Positions 27,445 to 37,279 of a stretch of 64,000 nucleotides of DNA are shown here, in pieces; position 1 is the first letter of the stretch, and each line of letters begins with the position of its first letter. A model generated the notes under the pieces. The model made no database searches, had not been told where the DNA came from, and saw only the letters and a list, made by a program, of their open reading frames with translations. This DNA is from an uncultured bacterium (lineage in GTDB: Bacteria > Desulfobacterota_D > UBA1144 > Nemesobacterales > UBA2774): assembly GCA_963705505.1 (NCBI GenBank), contig CAVPJU010000010.1, positions 64,001 through 128,000 on the forward strand, written 5' to 3'. The translations under genes were made by a program, and so were the position numbers.

Positions 27445-30114
27445 TCAGAGCCTTTTCAGGGACGTGTATAACTGTCCTGCAGCCAGAGGCAGCAGGCTCA
27501 TGATTGCTATGAGCGTCCAGCCGCCGCGGCCGGGATCGACGACCCCCAGCACATTCGCGACTGGTTCTATATAGACCGCGGCCAGGATTATCAGCGTGCA
27601 GAGAGCTATGGCTCCCCAAACGTATACGTTGCGTGTCACCTCGTTCTTCAACATCCCCGACCTGGCGCCGCGCATGTTGAATACGTGCAGGATCTGAGCG
27701 AAAGCCAGAGTGAGGAACGAGACCGAGACGGCCCTTTTGTCCCCGAATCCGAGTTTATACATAGCCAGGAGTAACGCACCGAGCACGGCTGCGGTGATGA
27801 CCGTGCCGTAACCCGCTATACCGAGCCAGCTCCTCTGCGTTATGATGTGCTCTTTCGGGTCTCTCGGCGGGGAACGCATGACCCTTTCGTCACCTTCGCC
27901 CATCCCGAGGGCGAGCGCCGGGAATACGTCCGTCACGAGGTTAAGGAATAGTATCTGGAGGGGCATGAGCGGAAGGGGGATATGGACGAAGGAAGCGATA
28001 GTCACGACCATGATTTCGCTCACGTTGCATGAAAGGAGGTAGAATATGAACTTCCTTATGTTCCCGAATATAATCCTTCCCTGCTCCACGGCGTGGACTA
28101 TGGTCGAAAAAGAGTCGTCCTTGAGAACTATATCGGCTGCCTCCTTAGCCACCTGAGTCCCCCGCTTCCCCATCGCGATGCCTATGTCCGCCTGCTTGAG
28201 CGCCGGAGCGTCGTTAACGCCGTCCCCGGTCATCGCGACTACGAACCCCTCTTCCTGATAGAATTTAACGAGCGCGAGCTTCTGCTCCGGGCTTACGCGC
28301 GCTAATATCAGCGACTCGGCTACGCTTATTTTAAATTCCTCGGGCAGCTCTTCGATCGCTTTCAGGTCTTTACCGTGAATTACGGGTTCGTCTGCCCTGT
28401 CCGTCAGTCCGACCGCGAGAGCGATATTCCTTGCTGTCGAGGGGTGGTCGCCCGTTACCATTACGACCTTTATCCCGGCCTCTAGACACTTCCCGATGGC
28501 CTCTCTTATCCCCGGTCTGGGAGGGTCGAGGAGGCATACGAGCCCCAGGAACGTGAGGTTCCTATACGGTCTCGATTCGGGGTCAGTCACGGTTTTTTCG
28601 GCGTGAGCGATTACCCTGTATCCCCGGGAGGCGAGCTCTTCGTTCTTTTCGTGCCAGTATCCTTTCATTTCTTCGGACAGGTCTGTGATCCCCGCGGGCG
28701 TGAGTACGTGGTCGGAGCAGGCAAGAACAGCGTCGGGCGCGCCCTTAACGGCCACCCTGTATTTCCCGTCCGACTTGTGGAAGGTCGCCATCATGTTCAC
28801 GAGATTGTCAAACGCCTCGACTCCCGTTTCGGGATACCGCGATATGAGCTCGCCCCTCTCGATCCCGACCCGCGCCCCGGCGTGGAGCAGGGCGATCTCA
28901 AGCGGGTCGCCTATGTTTTCCCCGCCCGCCGCTCCCTTCTTTCCGAGCGCGGCCCTGTTGCACAGGACCCCTGTCTCAATGACCTTTATCGCGGCTTCAT
29001 CGGTAACCGGCCGGGCCATTTCGCCGTTTATGAGGGTCCCTCCGGCATCGTCCTCAAACCCGAGTGTCCCGCCGTCCGTAACGATTAACTCGACGGTCAT
29101 TCTGTTTTCCGTGAGCGTCCCCGTCTTGTCCGTGCAGATGACGTTGGTCGAGCCCAGGGTCTCGACGGCGCTCAGGCGGTTAACGAGCGCGTTCCTCGCG
29201 GCCATTCTGAGCATACCCCTCGCGAGCGCGATAGTGGCGACTACAGGCAGCCCTTCCGGGATGGCGGCAACTGCGAGCGCAATTCCTGTTTTGGCCATGA
29301 GCAGCAGCTCCCGGCCCGTGAGAGCCCCCGCAACGACGACTGCCGATGCGAGCATGAGCGTCACCCATATGAGCCTGTTCCCGAGTCTGTCGAGGCTCTT
29401 CTCGAGAGGGGTTTGTTCCTGTTTCGCGCTTTCGGTGAGAACACTAATCCGTCCCAGCTCGGTATTTAGTCCGGTCGAGGTTACGACACCTTCACCCGAG
29501 CCCTTCGTGAGCGCGGTCCCCATGAAAACCATATTGCTGCGCTCGGCGAGCGTGGTTTCCCCGTTTATCACTCCCGTATTTTTTCTGACCGGAGCCGATT
29601 CCCCCGTGAGCGTCGATTCGTTTGATTCCATTCTCGAGGCCTCTAAGAGCCTCAAGTCCGCGGGGACCATGTCGCCGGCTTCGAGTATTACAATATCCCC
29701 GGGCACTAGCTCCTCGGCGTGGACGACAGAAATAGTCCCGCCCCGCTTGACCTTCGCCTCTATGCGGACGAGATTGTAGAGCGCTTCCATCGACCTCACG
29801 GCCCTTATCTCGGTGAAAAACCCTATAGCCGAGTTTAAGAGTATGACGATTATTACCGCGACGCCTTCGGCCCAGTCGCCGAATGTAAAGGAGAGGAGCG
29901 CTGCGCCTATGAGGAGCAGCACGATGAGGCTCCTGAACTGGCTCACGAGTATGGAGAGGGCGCTCGCCGGCTTCGATTCGACGAGGCGGTTCTGCCCGTA
30001 CTTTCTTAAACGAGCGAGGGCTTCTGAGCCCGTGAGTCCTTCTTCCGGAGAGACTCCGAGCCCGGTTAGCACATCTTCCTCTGAAATGTTGCAGGGATTT
30101 TTTATGACGGTCAT
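27445..30114 (-). CDS. Cation-transporting P-type ATPase (type II, CtpF/Ca2+-ATPase-like)
   Basis: TGES, IPEGLP, DKTGTLT, KGAP, DPPR, MTGDGVNDAPALK, QILFLNLVTD. Confidence 0.95.
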   Translation of the reverse strand: MTVIKNPCNISEEDVLTGLGVSPEEGLTGSEALARLRKYGQNRLVESKPASALSILVSQFRSLIVLLLIGAALLSFTFGDWAEGVAVIIVILLNSAIGFFTEIRAVRSMEALYNLVRIEAKVKRGGTISVVHAEELVPGDIVILEAGDMVPADLRLLEASRMESNESTLTGESAPVRKNTGVINGETTLAERSNMVFMGTALTKGSGEGVVTSTGLNTELGRISVLTESAKQEQTPLEKSLDRLGNRLIWVTLMLASAVVVAGALTGRELLLMAKTGIALAVAAIPEGLPVVATIALARGMLRMAARNALVNRLSAVETLGSTNVICTDKTGTLTENRMTVELIVTDGGTLGFEDDAGGTLINGEMARPVTDEAAIKVIETGVLCNRAALGKKGAAGGENIGDPLEIALLHAGARVGIERGELISRYPETGVEAFDNLVNMMATFHKSDGKYRVAVKGAPDAVLACSDHVLTPAGITDLSEEMKGYWHEKNEELASRGYRVIAHAEKTVTDPESRPYRNLTFLGLVCLLDPPRPGIREAIGKCLEAGIKVVMVTGDHPSTARNIALAVGLTDRADEPVIHGKDLKAIEELPEEFKISVAESLILARVSPEQKLALVKFYQEEGFVVAMTGDGVNDAPALKQADIGIAMGKRGTQVAKEAADIVLKDDSFSTIVHAVEQGRIIFGNIRKFIFYLLSCNVSEIMVVTIASFVHIPLPLMPLQILFLNLVTDVFPALALGMGEGDERVMRSPPRDPKEHIITQRSWLGIAGYGTVITAAVLGALLLAMYKLGFGDKRAVSVSFLTLAFAQILHVFNMRGARSGMLKNEVTRNVYVWGAIALCTLIILAAVYIEPVANVLGVVDPGRGGWTLIAIMSLLPLAAGQLYTSLKRL

Positions 30115-30150
30115 ATCGATACCGGTTTCAGATTGATCGGAACTATACGA

Positions 30151-31761
30151 TTATACAGTTTTGCCGGGCGCTGCCCCCGCGGCGATGATCCGCGCGAGTA
30201 ATGTATTAAGCACTTCTCGCCCGGGCCTGTTTGTATCAATTTCAAAATAGAAGCGGGCATTAATCTCATCGGGCTCTTCCCATTCCGATATGAATTTGTC
30301 CAGTATCGAGGCCCTGGCGTCAGACACCGATGTCCCTTCCTTCTCCCTTTTGAGGAGCCTCTCTTCGATTACGCTTACAGGGGCGGCAGTCTCAATAAAA
30401 TAAACGTTCACCCCCCTCCGCTCCGCCTCACGCGAGAGGATGTCCCTCCGTTTGCGCTTGGAAAAGCTCGCGTCGAGTATGACGGTGCCGCTTACCTCGC
30501 TCTCGTTAAGTGCGCGTGATATTATCTCCCCGTAAGTCCTCTCCGTTATATCCCCCGTATATATGCCGCCTCCCCATTCCTCGTATCGCCTTTCGCCGGG
30601 CCGTGTGCCCGTGATCTCCTTTCTCACCGGGTCGGAGGATACGATCCGGCATGAAAGCTCCTCCCCCAGCATGGCCGCGAGCGTCGATTTCCCCGTACCT
30701 ATGACGCCGAAAGTGACTATAACCGCCGGGGCTGAGCCGAAGAGGGCGTACCTGAGCGCGAGCCTGAAATACCTTTTAGCCCGCTCCAGGGACATTTTCT
30801 TTTCGTCATCAGGCACTTCGGGCTCAAATGCCCTTATGCTCTCGACCTTCCCCCTTACGAAAGCCCTGTAGCATTTATAAAAGTCCATTACGTCATAGAT
30901 GCCCGTATCGTTCATCGCCGCCGAGATTTCATTGACTATAAAACGCGAGAGCCCGCAGTACCCGTTATAGTCGAGGTCCATGGCGAGGAACGCCACATCC
31001 GAAGCGGTGTCTATGTACCTGAACCTCTCGTTGAACTCTATGCAGTCGTAAATGCATATATCGTCCGTGCCTATGTTTATATGGTCGAGGTGGAGGTCGC
31101 CGTGGCAGTCCTTTATGAAGCCGCCTTCCATGCGCTTAAGAAATATTTCACGCTTATTCTCGAAGAAGAGTTCGTTGTAATACTTTATTGCGTCGTATGC
31201 GGTTTTGGAGATCGTCTTATCCGTGAATTTCGCTGAGAGCGCAAGGTTCTCGTCTATGTTCACCCTTACCCTCTCGGGGCGTCCGTACACGAGGACTTCC
31301 TCCTGCCGGGGCTGCCCGTTATAAAATTCCACGAGCTTCCGCGCGAGCCTTCTTAAGTCCTCTTCTCCGGCTTTACCTTTCCGCAGCAGGTTCATGAGGA
31401 ATTTCTGCTCCGGGAGCTTCCTCATCTTGACGGCGTATTCGACGGCGTCTCCCGGCCCGCCGATCGAGAACAGCCCGTCTTTGAGCGTTATTTCCTCGAC
31501 GCCCAGGTATACGCCCCCGCAGAGCCTCCTGTTGAGCCCGACCTCCAGTGTGCAGAAATGCCTCCTCTTTTCGAGAGTGCTGAAGTCGAGAAAACCGAAG
31601 TCAACCGGTTTTTTCACCTTGTAGACATATGGCGGGACGATGAAAACGTCAGACGCGTGTGTCTGGACGTGGCGGACCCTCGAGGGTCTGTGAGGGTACG
31701 ACGAGGGTTCGAGAAGAAAATCTATTAAGTCCTGCCTTCTGTAGCTTTCACATTTAGGCAT
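30151..31761 (-). CDS. APH-like kinase fused to P-loop (AAA_33/gluconate-kinase-like) domain, Rv2004c-like
   Basis: QTHAS, YKVKKPVDFGFLDFSTL, CHGDLHL, DCIEFNERFR, GVIGTGKST, SDA. Confidence 0.9.
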   Translation of the reverse strand: MPKCESYRRQDLIDFLLEPSSYPHRPSRVRHVQTHASDVFIVPPYVYKVKKPVDFGFLDFSTLEKRRHFCTLEVGLNRRLCGGVYLGVEEITLKDGLFSIGGPGDAVEYAVKMRKLPEQKFLMNLLRKGKAGEEDLRRLARKLVEFYNGQPRQEEVLVYGRPERVRVNIDENLALSAKFTDKTISKTAYDAIKYYNELFFENKREIFLKRMEGGFIKDCHGDLHLDHINIGTDDICIYDCIEFNERFRYIDTASDVAFLAMDLDYNGYCGLSRFIVNEISAAMNDTGIYDVMDFYKCYRAFVRGKVESIRAFEPEVPDDEKKMSLERAKRYFRLALRYALFGSAPAVIVTFGVIGTGKSTLAAMLGEELSCRIVSSDPVRKEITGTRPGERRYEEWGGGIYTGDITERTYGEIISRALNESEVSGTVILDASFSKRKRRDILSREAERRGVNVYFIETAAPVSVIEERLLKREKEGTSVSDARASILDKFISEWEEPDEINARFYFEIDTNRPGREVLNTLLARIIAAGAAPGKTV

Positions 31762-31782
31762 CGGTTCCCGCGGAGGACTTTA

Positions 31783-32691
31783 TTACGGCCTTAAGGACAG
31801 GACCGAGCAGGGAGATTCGGGGATCACCCTTTCCGTGACGCTTCCCAGTATGAGCCTCTTTAAACCCGTCCTCGCGTGCGTGTTGATCACTATGAGGTCT
31901 ATATTGTTTTTCGACGCATAATTAGCGATCGATATGGCGGGGCTGAGACCGTGAATGACTTTAGTCGTTATTTCGTTTTTGACCGCCGTACCGCGCGTGG
32001 TTTCGTATTTCGTCTTTATCTTCCCGACCCTCTCCCGGAGCTCCTTTACCGATTGCTTTATGACGATGTCGAGCGCTCCCGCGGGTATGTCCTGAGCGTA
32101 CATATCGAGCCTCAGCGCGTATACCGCGGTCACCTGAGCGCCTGCCAGGCCCGCGATGTCGAGCGCGTAGATGAGCGCGGTCTCGTTGTCGTCCGCAAGG
32201 TCTATGGGTACGAGTATGTTCCTGAATTTGATTTCCTGTTGGGGGTCGGTTCTCTTGACGGCGAGCACGGGGATGTGTGAGCTCTTGAGCACCTTCACTG
32301 TTTCGCTCCCGACCATCACGCTCTCCATGATTCCGTGTCCCTGTTTCCCCATGACTATAAGGTCCGCCTTTTTCCGGAGTGAGAATTCCCTGATCTTGTC
32401 GCTTGGTATTCCTTTCAGAATCTCGCCGTCGAATTTTATCCCGGAATGCAGCAGCTCGCTCCGCACCTCGACGAACCTGTCGCTCACCCTCCTTTCCACC
32501 TTCGACTGCCATTCACGGAATTCCTCGTCCTCTTCCCGGAGCGATTCGAAGAGCAGCTGTACCGGAAGCGGTATGACGTGCACCCCGATGATCTCGGCCC
32601 CCGAGAGGCCGGCAATGTATTTCGCGTATCCCAGAGCAAGCTCCGCTTCATCCGATCCGTCAGTCGCCCAGAGAATCCTTTTTATCTCCAT
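31783..32691 (-). CDS. Universal stress protein (tandem domains)
   Basis: ILWATDGS, DLIVMG..G.G, LGSVTERV. Confidence 0.92.
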   Translation of the reverse strand: MEIKRILWATDGSDEAELALGYAKYIAGLSGAEIIGVHVIPLPVQLLFESLREEDEEFREWQSKVERRVSDRFVEVRSELLHSGIKFDGEILKGIPSDKIREFSLRKKADLIVMGKQGHGIMESVMVGSETVKVLKSSHIPVLAVKRTDPQQEIKFRNILVPIDLADDNETALIYALDIAGLAGAQVTAVYALRLDMYAQDIPAGALDIVIKQSVKELRERVGKIKTKYETTRGTAVKNEITTKVIHGLSPAISIANYASKNNIDLIVINTHARTGLKRLILGSVTERVIPESPCSVLSLRP

Positions 32692-32797
32692 ATTCGTTTA
32701 CCTTTCGAGCAGTATTTTTCGTTTCTCCCTTTTATAGTCCCTAAGACAAAGGTGTTTATTCTACCACATTAAATTCGGATCCGACGGAAGCGTTTCG

Positions 32798-33247
32798 TCA
32801 GAGCACTTTGGATTTGCTGCTGAGGGCCATGGCGAGGTTTACGAGCTCGGTCGCCACGACGACTATAAGGTCGTCGACGGATACTATGCCTTTTAACTTA
32901 TTTCCCCGTGTGACCGGGAGCCTCCTTATCGAATTCTCGGAAAGTATCCGCAGCATCTCGAATATATCCGCATCCTCGTCGATCATTATGAGCTCTTTCG
33001 TCATGACTTCTTCGACGGTCACTTCATCGGGATTTTGCCTCTCGGCCATTGCCGACACTACGAGGTCCCTGTCCGTTATTATGCCCACCGGCCTCGATTC
33101 GCTGTCTATAACGACGAGCGCGCCCACGTCCTCGTTCATCATCATATAAGCGGCCTCCGACAGCGGGGACGAAGGAGAGACCGTTACGACGTTCTTGTTG
33201 ATTACCTCGTTCAGAAGCTCGGACTGGCTCTTTCTTTTTGCGTTCAT
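32798..33247 (-). CDS. CBS-pair protein (Rv2626c/Hrp1-like)
   Basis: M...DVGALVV, GIITDRDLV, IRRLPV, GIVSVDDL. Confidence 0.9.
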   Translation of the reverse strand: MNAKRKSQSELLNEVINKNVVTVSPSSPLSEAAYMMMNEDVGALVVIDSESRPVGIITDRDLVVSAMAERQNPDEVTVEEVMTKELIMIDEDADIFEMLRILSENSIRRLPVTRGNKLKGIVSVDDLIVVVATELVNLAMALSSKSKVL

Positions 33248-33304
33248 TATTACCTCTCTACTTTGTGAAGTATACTCAATAAAAGACTCGGCTCTTTAGT
33301 ATAA

Positions 33305-33320
33305 TGCAACATTAATGCCA
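33305..33320 (-). promoter_or_regulatory. Sigma54 promoter for the CBS-USP-kinase-ATPase operon
   Basis: Minus strand TGGCATTAATGTTGCA (GG-N10-GC), 57 bp before the CBS start. Confidence 0.8.
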
Positions 33321-33390
33321 TTGCGAGGACGGGCATATAACACCGGGAAACCCGTACTATTCGAATAAACACGGTGCGGATTATGTCGTT

Positions 33391-33407
33391 TGTCGGATTT
33401 TCAGACA
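33391..33407. promoter_or_regulatory. Putative enhancer-binding-protein site
   Basis: TGTCG-GATTTTC-AGACA imperfect 17-bp palindrome between two divergent sigma54 promoters. Confidence 0.5.
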
Positions 33408-33458
33408 GACGCACAGCAGTATATATATAATATGCCTTGTGCAGGGGCATGCGGCGGG

Positions 33459-33474
33459 TGGCACCGTTATTGCC
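33459..33474 (+). promoter_or_regulatory. Sigma54 promoter for the 77-aa gene
   Basis: TGGCACCGTTATTGCC matches TGGCAC-N5-TTGC. Confidence 0.75.
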
Positions 33475-33503
33475 ACTTAATACGACTAAGACCGGAGGCT
33501 TCC

Positions 33504-33737
33504 ATGTCCGATTACGGCACGATTTACATGATCGATACGCAGTATAACGCGGAGAGGGACGCGACCGAGGTCTCTTTCGGGTATATAGAGAAGGAGGAGC
33601 AGGTGAAGGGCAGGATCAGGACGCTCAGGATCATAGTCAATGTGCCGGGTCACAGGGATGATAAAAAGGGCGCTGTCGACGAGGGGCTCAGGATTGCGAG
33701 GGAGTTCGTTTCGAGGGCCGCTCAGGCTCCCATTTGA
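33504..33737 (+). CDS. Small hypothetical protein (77 aa)
   Basis: GGAGG RBS before ATG 33504 (MSDYGTIYMIDTQY...); sigma54 promoter upstream. Confidence 0.72.
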   Translation: MSDYGTIYMIDTQYNAERDATEVSFGYIEKEEQVKGRIRTLRIIVNVPGHRDDKKGAVDEGLRIAREFVSRAAQAPI

Positions 33738-33757
33738 GTCCGATTGATGAGGGGCTG

Positions 33758-34756
33758 CTATTTGCCCGATATCCCTTCGAGCGCTTTTAATTTCAATTTA
33801 TCTCCGAGCGCGATCAATGTGTCTCCCGGGTTTATGACCGTCCTCGAGGTCGGATTGAACTGCATCGTGCCGTCGGGCTTTTTTACGGCTACGATAATGA
33901 TCCCCAGGTCACGGCCTATGCCCGATGCCTCGAGCGTTTTCCCCGAGAGCGCCGAGCCCGGGCGTATCTCAATTTCCTCGATCTGAATCTCGAGGTTCCC
34001 GCTCTTAGTCGCAAGCTCGATAAAATCGACTACGGCGGGCTTGAGTATCATGTTCGCTATCCTCAAGCCTCCAGTGTGGTAGGGCGATACGACCCTGTCC
34101 GCGCCCGCTCTCAGTATCTTCCGTTCGGAGCCTTCGTCACCCGCTCTCGTATAGATGAGCAAATGCGGGTTCAGCACACGGGCGCTCAAAACGACGAAAA
34201 GGTTTTCAGCGTCGGTGGGAAGGACGGATATGAGTCCCCGCGCCCTTTCGATGCCGGCCCTCATCAGCACTTCGTCTTTTGTAGCGTCGCCCTCGATCAA
34301 GACCAGCTCTTCATTATCCTCAATATCGACGGGGTCTTTTTCTATCGCTATGACATCCATGCCCTTCGAGGAGAGCTCCTTTACGACGGTCTTCCCCATC
34401 CTGCCGTAGCCGCATACGATGTAATGGTCTTTCAGATATTTTATTCGTCTTTCCAATCTCGACCTCCCGATTATCTGTTTCAATTCACCTTCAAGGACGA
34501 TCTTAGCCAGGGCGCTCAGCAGATAAAGGATTGTGCCGACACCGAGCGTAAGAAGCACCATCGTAAAGACCTCGCCCGCGGGCGTGAGGTCGTGCACCTC
34601 TCCGTACCCGACCGTCGTGAGGGTAGTCACGGTCATAAAGAGGGAATCACGGAAATTCCACCCCTCAATGACCATATAGCCGGTCGTGCCGATCGTATTT
34701 ATAAGAATTATCAGTAAAATAGGTATGAAGAGCTTTTTTCTGATTGCAGAAAACAT
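33758..34756 (-). CDS. Potassium channel with RCK (TrkA-N/TrkA-C) domains
   Basis: TLTTVGYGE selectivity filter, HYIVCGYGRMG, GDAT, TrkA-C tail. Confidence 0.94.
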   Translation of the reverse strand: MFSAIRKKLFIPILLIILINTIGTTGYMVIEGWNFRDSLFMTVTTLTTVGYGEVHDLTPAGEVFTMVLLTLGVGTILYLLSALAKIVLEGELKQIIGRSRLERRIKYLKDHYIVCGYGRMGKTVVKELSSKGMDVIAIEKDPVDIEDNEELVLIEGDATKDEVLMRAGIERARGLISVLPTDAENLFVVLSARVLNPHLLIYTRAGDEGSERKILRAGADRVVSPYHTGGLRIANMILKPAVVDFIELATKSGNLEIQIEEIEIRPGSALSGKTLEASGIGRDLGIIIVAVKKPDGTMQFNPTSRTVINPGDTLIALGDKLKLKALEGISGK

Positions 34757-34789
34757 CTTGCTCCGTCGAAACGAATTTCGTGTATAAGG

Positions 34790-35659
34790 CTACACGGGCT
34801 TTACGGTGATAACGGGGCAGGGGGCTTCCTGAACGACTCGTTCAGCGACGCTCCCGATGAAGTCCTCACGCCTGAATTTGTAGCCCCCGTATGTGTTCAT
34901 CATTATGAGGTCTATGTTCTTCCGTTTTGCGTAATCCACGATCCCGATCCAGGCGTTCCTAGCCGTCTCCACGGCGGTCTCTACCCTGTCCTCGAGCTTC
35001 GCTTCCTCCACCTGCTCGGTGAGCTTATTGTATGCGTCCCCCCTCATGAGCTCTACGAGCTTCGGAGGGTATTTCCCCTCTCCGGTCGCGACTATATTGA
35101 GGCTGTATATATCTGCGTCCAGGTCCTTCGCCAGACCTAACGCCAGCTGCAAGTCCCTCGACAGTATATTGTAGAGGTCAGTCGGGACGAGTATCCTTTT
35201 AATACCCTTGTGCGCGGCGCCTTTTCTCACTATAAGTATCGGTATCCTCGAGCGTCTCAGCACCTTGAGAGCGGTCGCCCCGAGTATGTTTCTCTCCTCG
35301 GCCCTCCCTTTCCCGAGAACTATGAGGTCGGCGTTTTCCTCCTCCCCCGCCTCTATAATCTTGAGGTAGGGCACGCCTTGAGTTATGAGCGTCCTGAAGC
35401 GGAGCCCTTTCGATTTGAGCTCCTCCGATATATTGTTGAGCCTGTCGCTGCCCTTGGATTCCTTTTCCTTTATCCAGTCCGCAAGGAGGTCGAGCTCCCG
35501 GGGCGGGAACTCATCGAGCGCCTTCACTTCGAAGTAGTCCGGAATGACGTATAGCCCTATGATCTCCGAGTCCAGGGGCCGCGCGATGTTCTCGGCAAAC
35601 GTGAGCGCGTCGACCGAATCCTTCGAGCCGTCTGAGGCCCAAACAATTTTCTTTATCAA
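34790..35659 (-). CDS. Universal stress protein (tandem domains)
   Basis: KKIVWASDGS, LGATA.KV, IGSVAERVVQEAPCPV. Confidence 0.92.
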   Translation of the reverse strand: MIKKIVWASDGSKDSVDALTFAENIARPLDSEIIGLYVIPDYFEVKALDEFPPRELDLLADWIKEKESKGSDRLNNISEELKSKGLRFRTLITQGVPYLKIIEAGEEENADLIVLGKGRAEERNILGATALKVLRRSRIPILIVRKGAAHKGIKRILVPTDLYNILSRDLQLALGLAKDLDADIYSLNIVATGEGKYPPKLVELMRGDAYNKLTEQVEEAKLEDRVETAVETARNAWIGIVDYAKRKNIDLIMMNTYGGYKFRREDFIGSVAERVVQEAPCPVITVKPV

Positions 35660-35755
35660 GATGAGATCCTCCTTGTCCGCATCGGTTTGGGTTTTATTTT
35701 AATCGATATGAGCGGCGTTGAAAACGCGGAAGACGTATTTTGTGATAATTCCGCA

Positions 35756-36361
35756 TCATTTTCCCGTTTTTTTATCCGGGAGAGGGACGGGTTTGGGGAC
35801 AGCGTTTTTCACCGGGGTTATCGTCATAAGGTAGGCGAATATAGCTTTAAGGTCTTCGTCACTGAGCTTCCCGTAATCCTGCCAGGGCATCGGCGGGAGC
35901 ACGTCCCTTTTGAAGTCTATATGCTTCCCGGTCCTCATCGTCTCTATGAATACCTGCTCCGTCCACTTCCCTATACCGGTCTCGGGGTCGGGCGTAATGT
36001 TTTTTGAGAATGTGAGCCCCCACGGGCCCGCCCATTCCGTCGAGTCGAGCGTGCCCAGGAACTCTATCCACTCCCCGGAGCCGACCTCGGCGTCCGGCAA
36101 ACGGGGGATCTCCGCGTCCTGGGGGTGGCCAGAGAGCCGCCTCTTCATATCGGGCACGGGGCCTTCTTTGGTCTCGATTAGCGGCGTGTGGCAGTAATCG
36201 CAGTTCCCTTCGGTGACGAGCTGCTTTCCCCTCTCCGCGTATTTGTTCCCCGCGGAGTACGCATCTTTTTCACCCGCTCCCGTCCGCAGGCATGTGATTA
36301 TGAAAAGGCACAACGTGGCCGAAATAACGGTCTTAATCATTGTCTTCATGCGGTTATCCAT
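35756..36361 (-). CDS. Periplasmic cytochrome c (one CxxCH; ADH/gluconate-DH cytochrome-subunit-like domain)
   Basis: CDYCHTP, LSGHP, GPWG, NITPDPETGIG.W, PPMPW, DEDLKAIFAYL. Confidence 0.88.
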   Translation of the reverse strand: MDNRMKTMIKTVISATLCLFIITCLRTGAGEKDAYSAGNKYAERGKQLVTEGNCDYCHTPLIETKEGPVPDMKRRLSGHPQDAEIPRLPDAEVGSGEWIEFLGTLDSTEWAGPWGLTFSKNITPDPETGIGKWTEQVFIETMRTGKHIDFKRDVLPPMPWQDYGKLSDEDLKAIFAYLMTITPVKNAVPKPVPLPDKKTGK

Positions 36362-36364
36362 ATC

Positions 36365-37279
36365 TCAGGGCTTAAATGCGAGAACGGGCGAGTGTGCTTC
36401 GCGTATGACCTTATCGGTTTCGCTGCCGAGTATTACCCTCTCGAGACCCTTCCTGCCGTGAGTGCTCACGGCTATCAGGTCAAAGCCGTTTTCCTGTGCG
36501 TAGTCGGTGATGGTAAGAGCCGGGCTTACGCCTGTAAGGACGACGGTCTCGACCTCGATACCCGCAGCCGCGTCATTGACCCGGGAGCATCCCGCCTTGA
36601 TCTCGTCCACCCTCCGTCTTAACTCATTTGAGGAGTGCGCCGTAAGCTCGTCCACGAGCTGAGGGCTTAGCTCGTAGACGTTTGCGTCTATCCAGAAGAC
36701 GTAGACGGCGGTTATGGAAGCCCCGAGCTTCGCGGCAAGGCCGATCGAGTACGATAGCGACGACTCGGCAGTGTCCGAGATATCGAACGGGACGAGTATT
36801 TTTTTTATATCGTATTCTTTTTTGTCGCTGTCCGGTTTGACCGAGAGCACCGGGACAGGGGAGTTCCTCAGCACCTTGAGCGTATTGCTGCCGAGAAGAG
36901 CGCTCCCTATGAGACCGTGGCCCTTCTTGCCCATAACGATTAGCTGGGCTCCCTCGCTGCGCGCCGTCTCTATTATCCAGTCTACAACGCTCCCCCTCAC
37001 GATTCTGGAGGAGATCCTCACACCCGGGTTTTCCCCTTCTATGCGCTTGAATTCGTTCCCGAACCTCTCCTCGGTCTTCTTGAGGATGTCCATAACAACG
37101 GTTTCATAGGTCGGGTAGAGGTCTGTTACGGGGATTTGTATCTCGCTCACGTGGAGGCACATGATCTCGGCAGAGAATTTACGTGCAAGATACAGTGCCA
37201 TTTTGAGGGATTCTTCCGCTTCCTTCGAGCCGTCCGTCGGCCAGAGAATTTTTTTAATGTCCATGTTTTCGCCGGTCAC
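36365..37279 (-). CDS. Universal stress protein (tandem domains)
   Basis: KKILWPTDGS, LIVMGKKG.G, THGRKG..LGSETDKV. Confidence 0.92.
   Translation of the reverse strand: MTGENMDIKKILWPTDGSKEAEESLKMALYLARKFSAEIMCLHVSEIQIPVTDLYPTYETVVMDILKKTEERFGNEFKRIEGENPGVRISSRIVRGSVVDWIIETARSEGAQLIVMGKKGHGLIGSALLGSNTLKVLRNSPVPVLSVKPDSDKKEYDIKKILVPFDISDTAESSLSYSIGLAAKLGASITAVYVFWIDANVYELSPQLVDELTAHSSNELRRRVDEIKAGCSRVNDAAAGIEVETVVLTGVSPALTITDYAQENGFDLIAVSTHGRKGLERVILGSETDKVIREAHSPVLAFKP

Noticed and set aside
28685..29779. 364-aa plus-strand ORF (similarly 20751-21782, 12800-13513, 37510-38226)
   Set aside because: Shadow ORFs opposite well-supported genes, with no motifs of their own.
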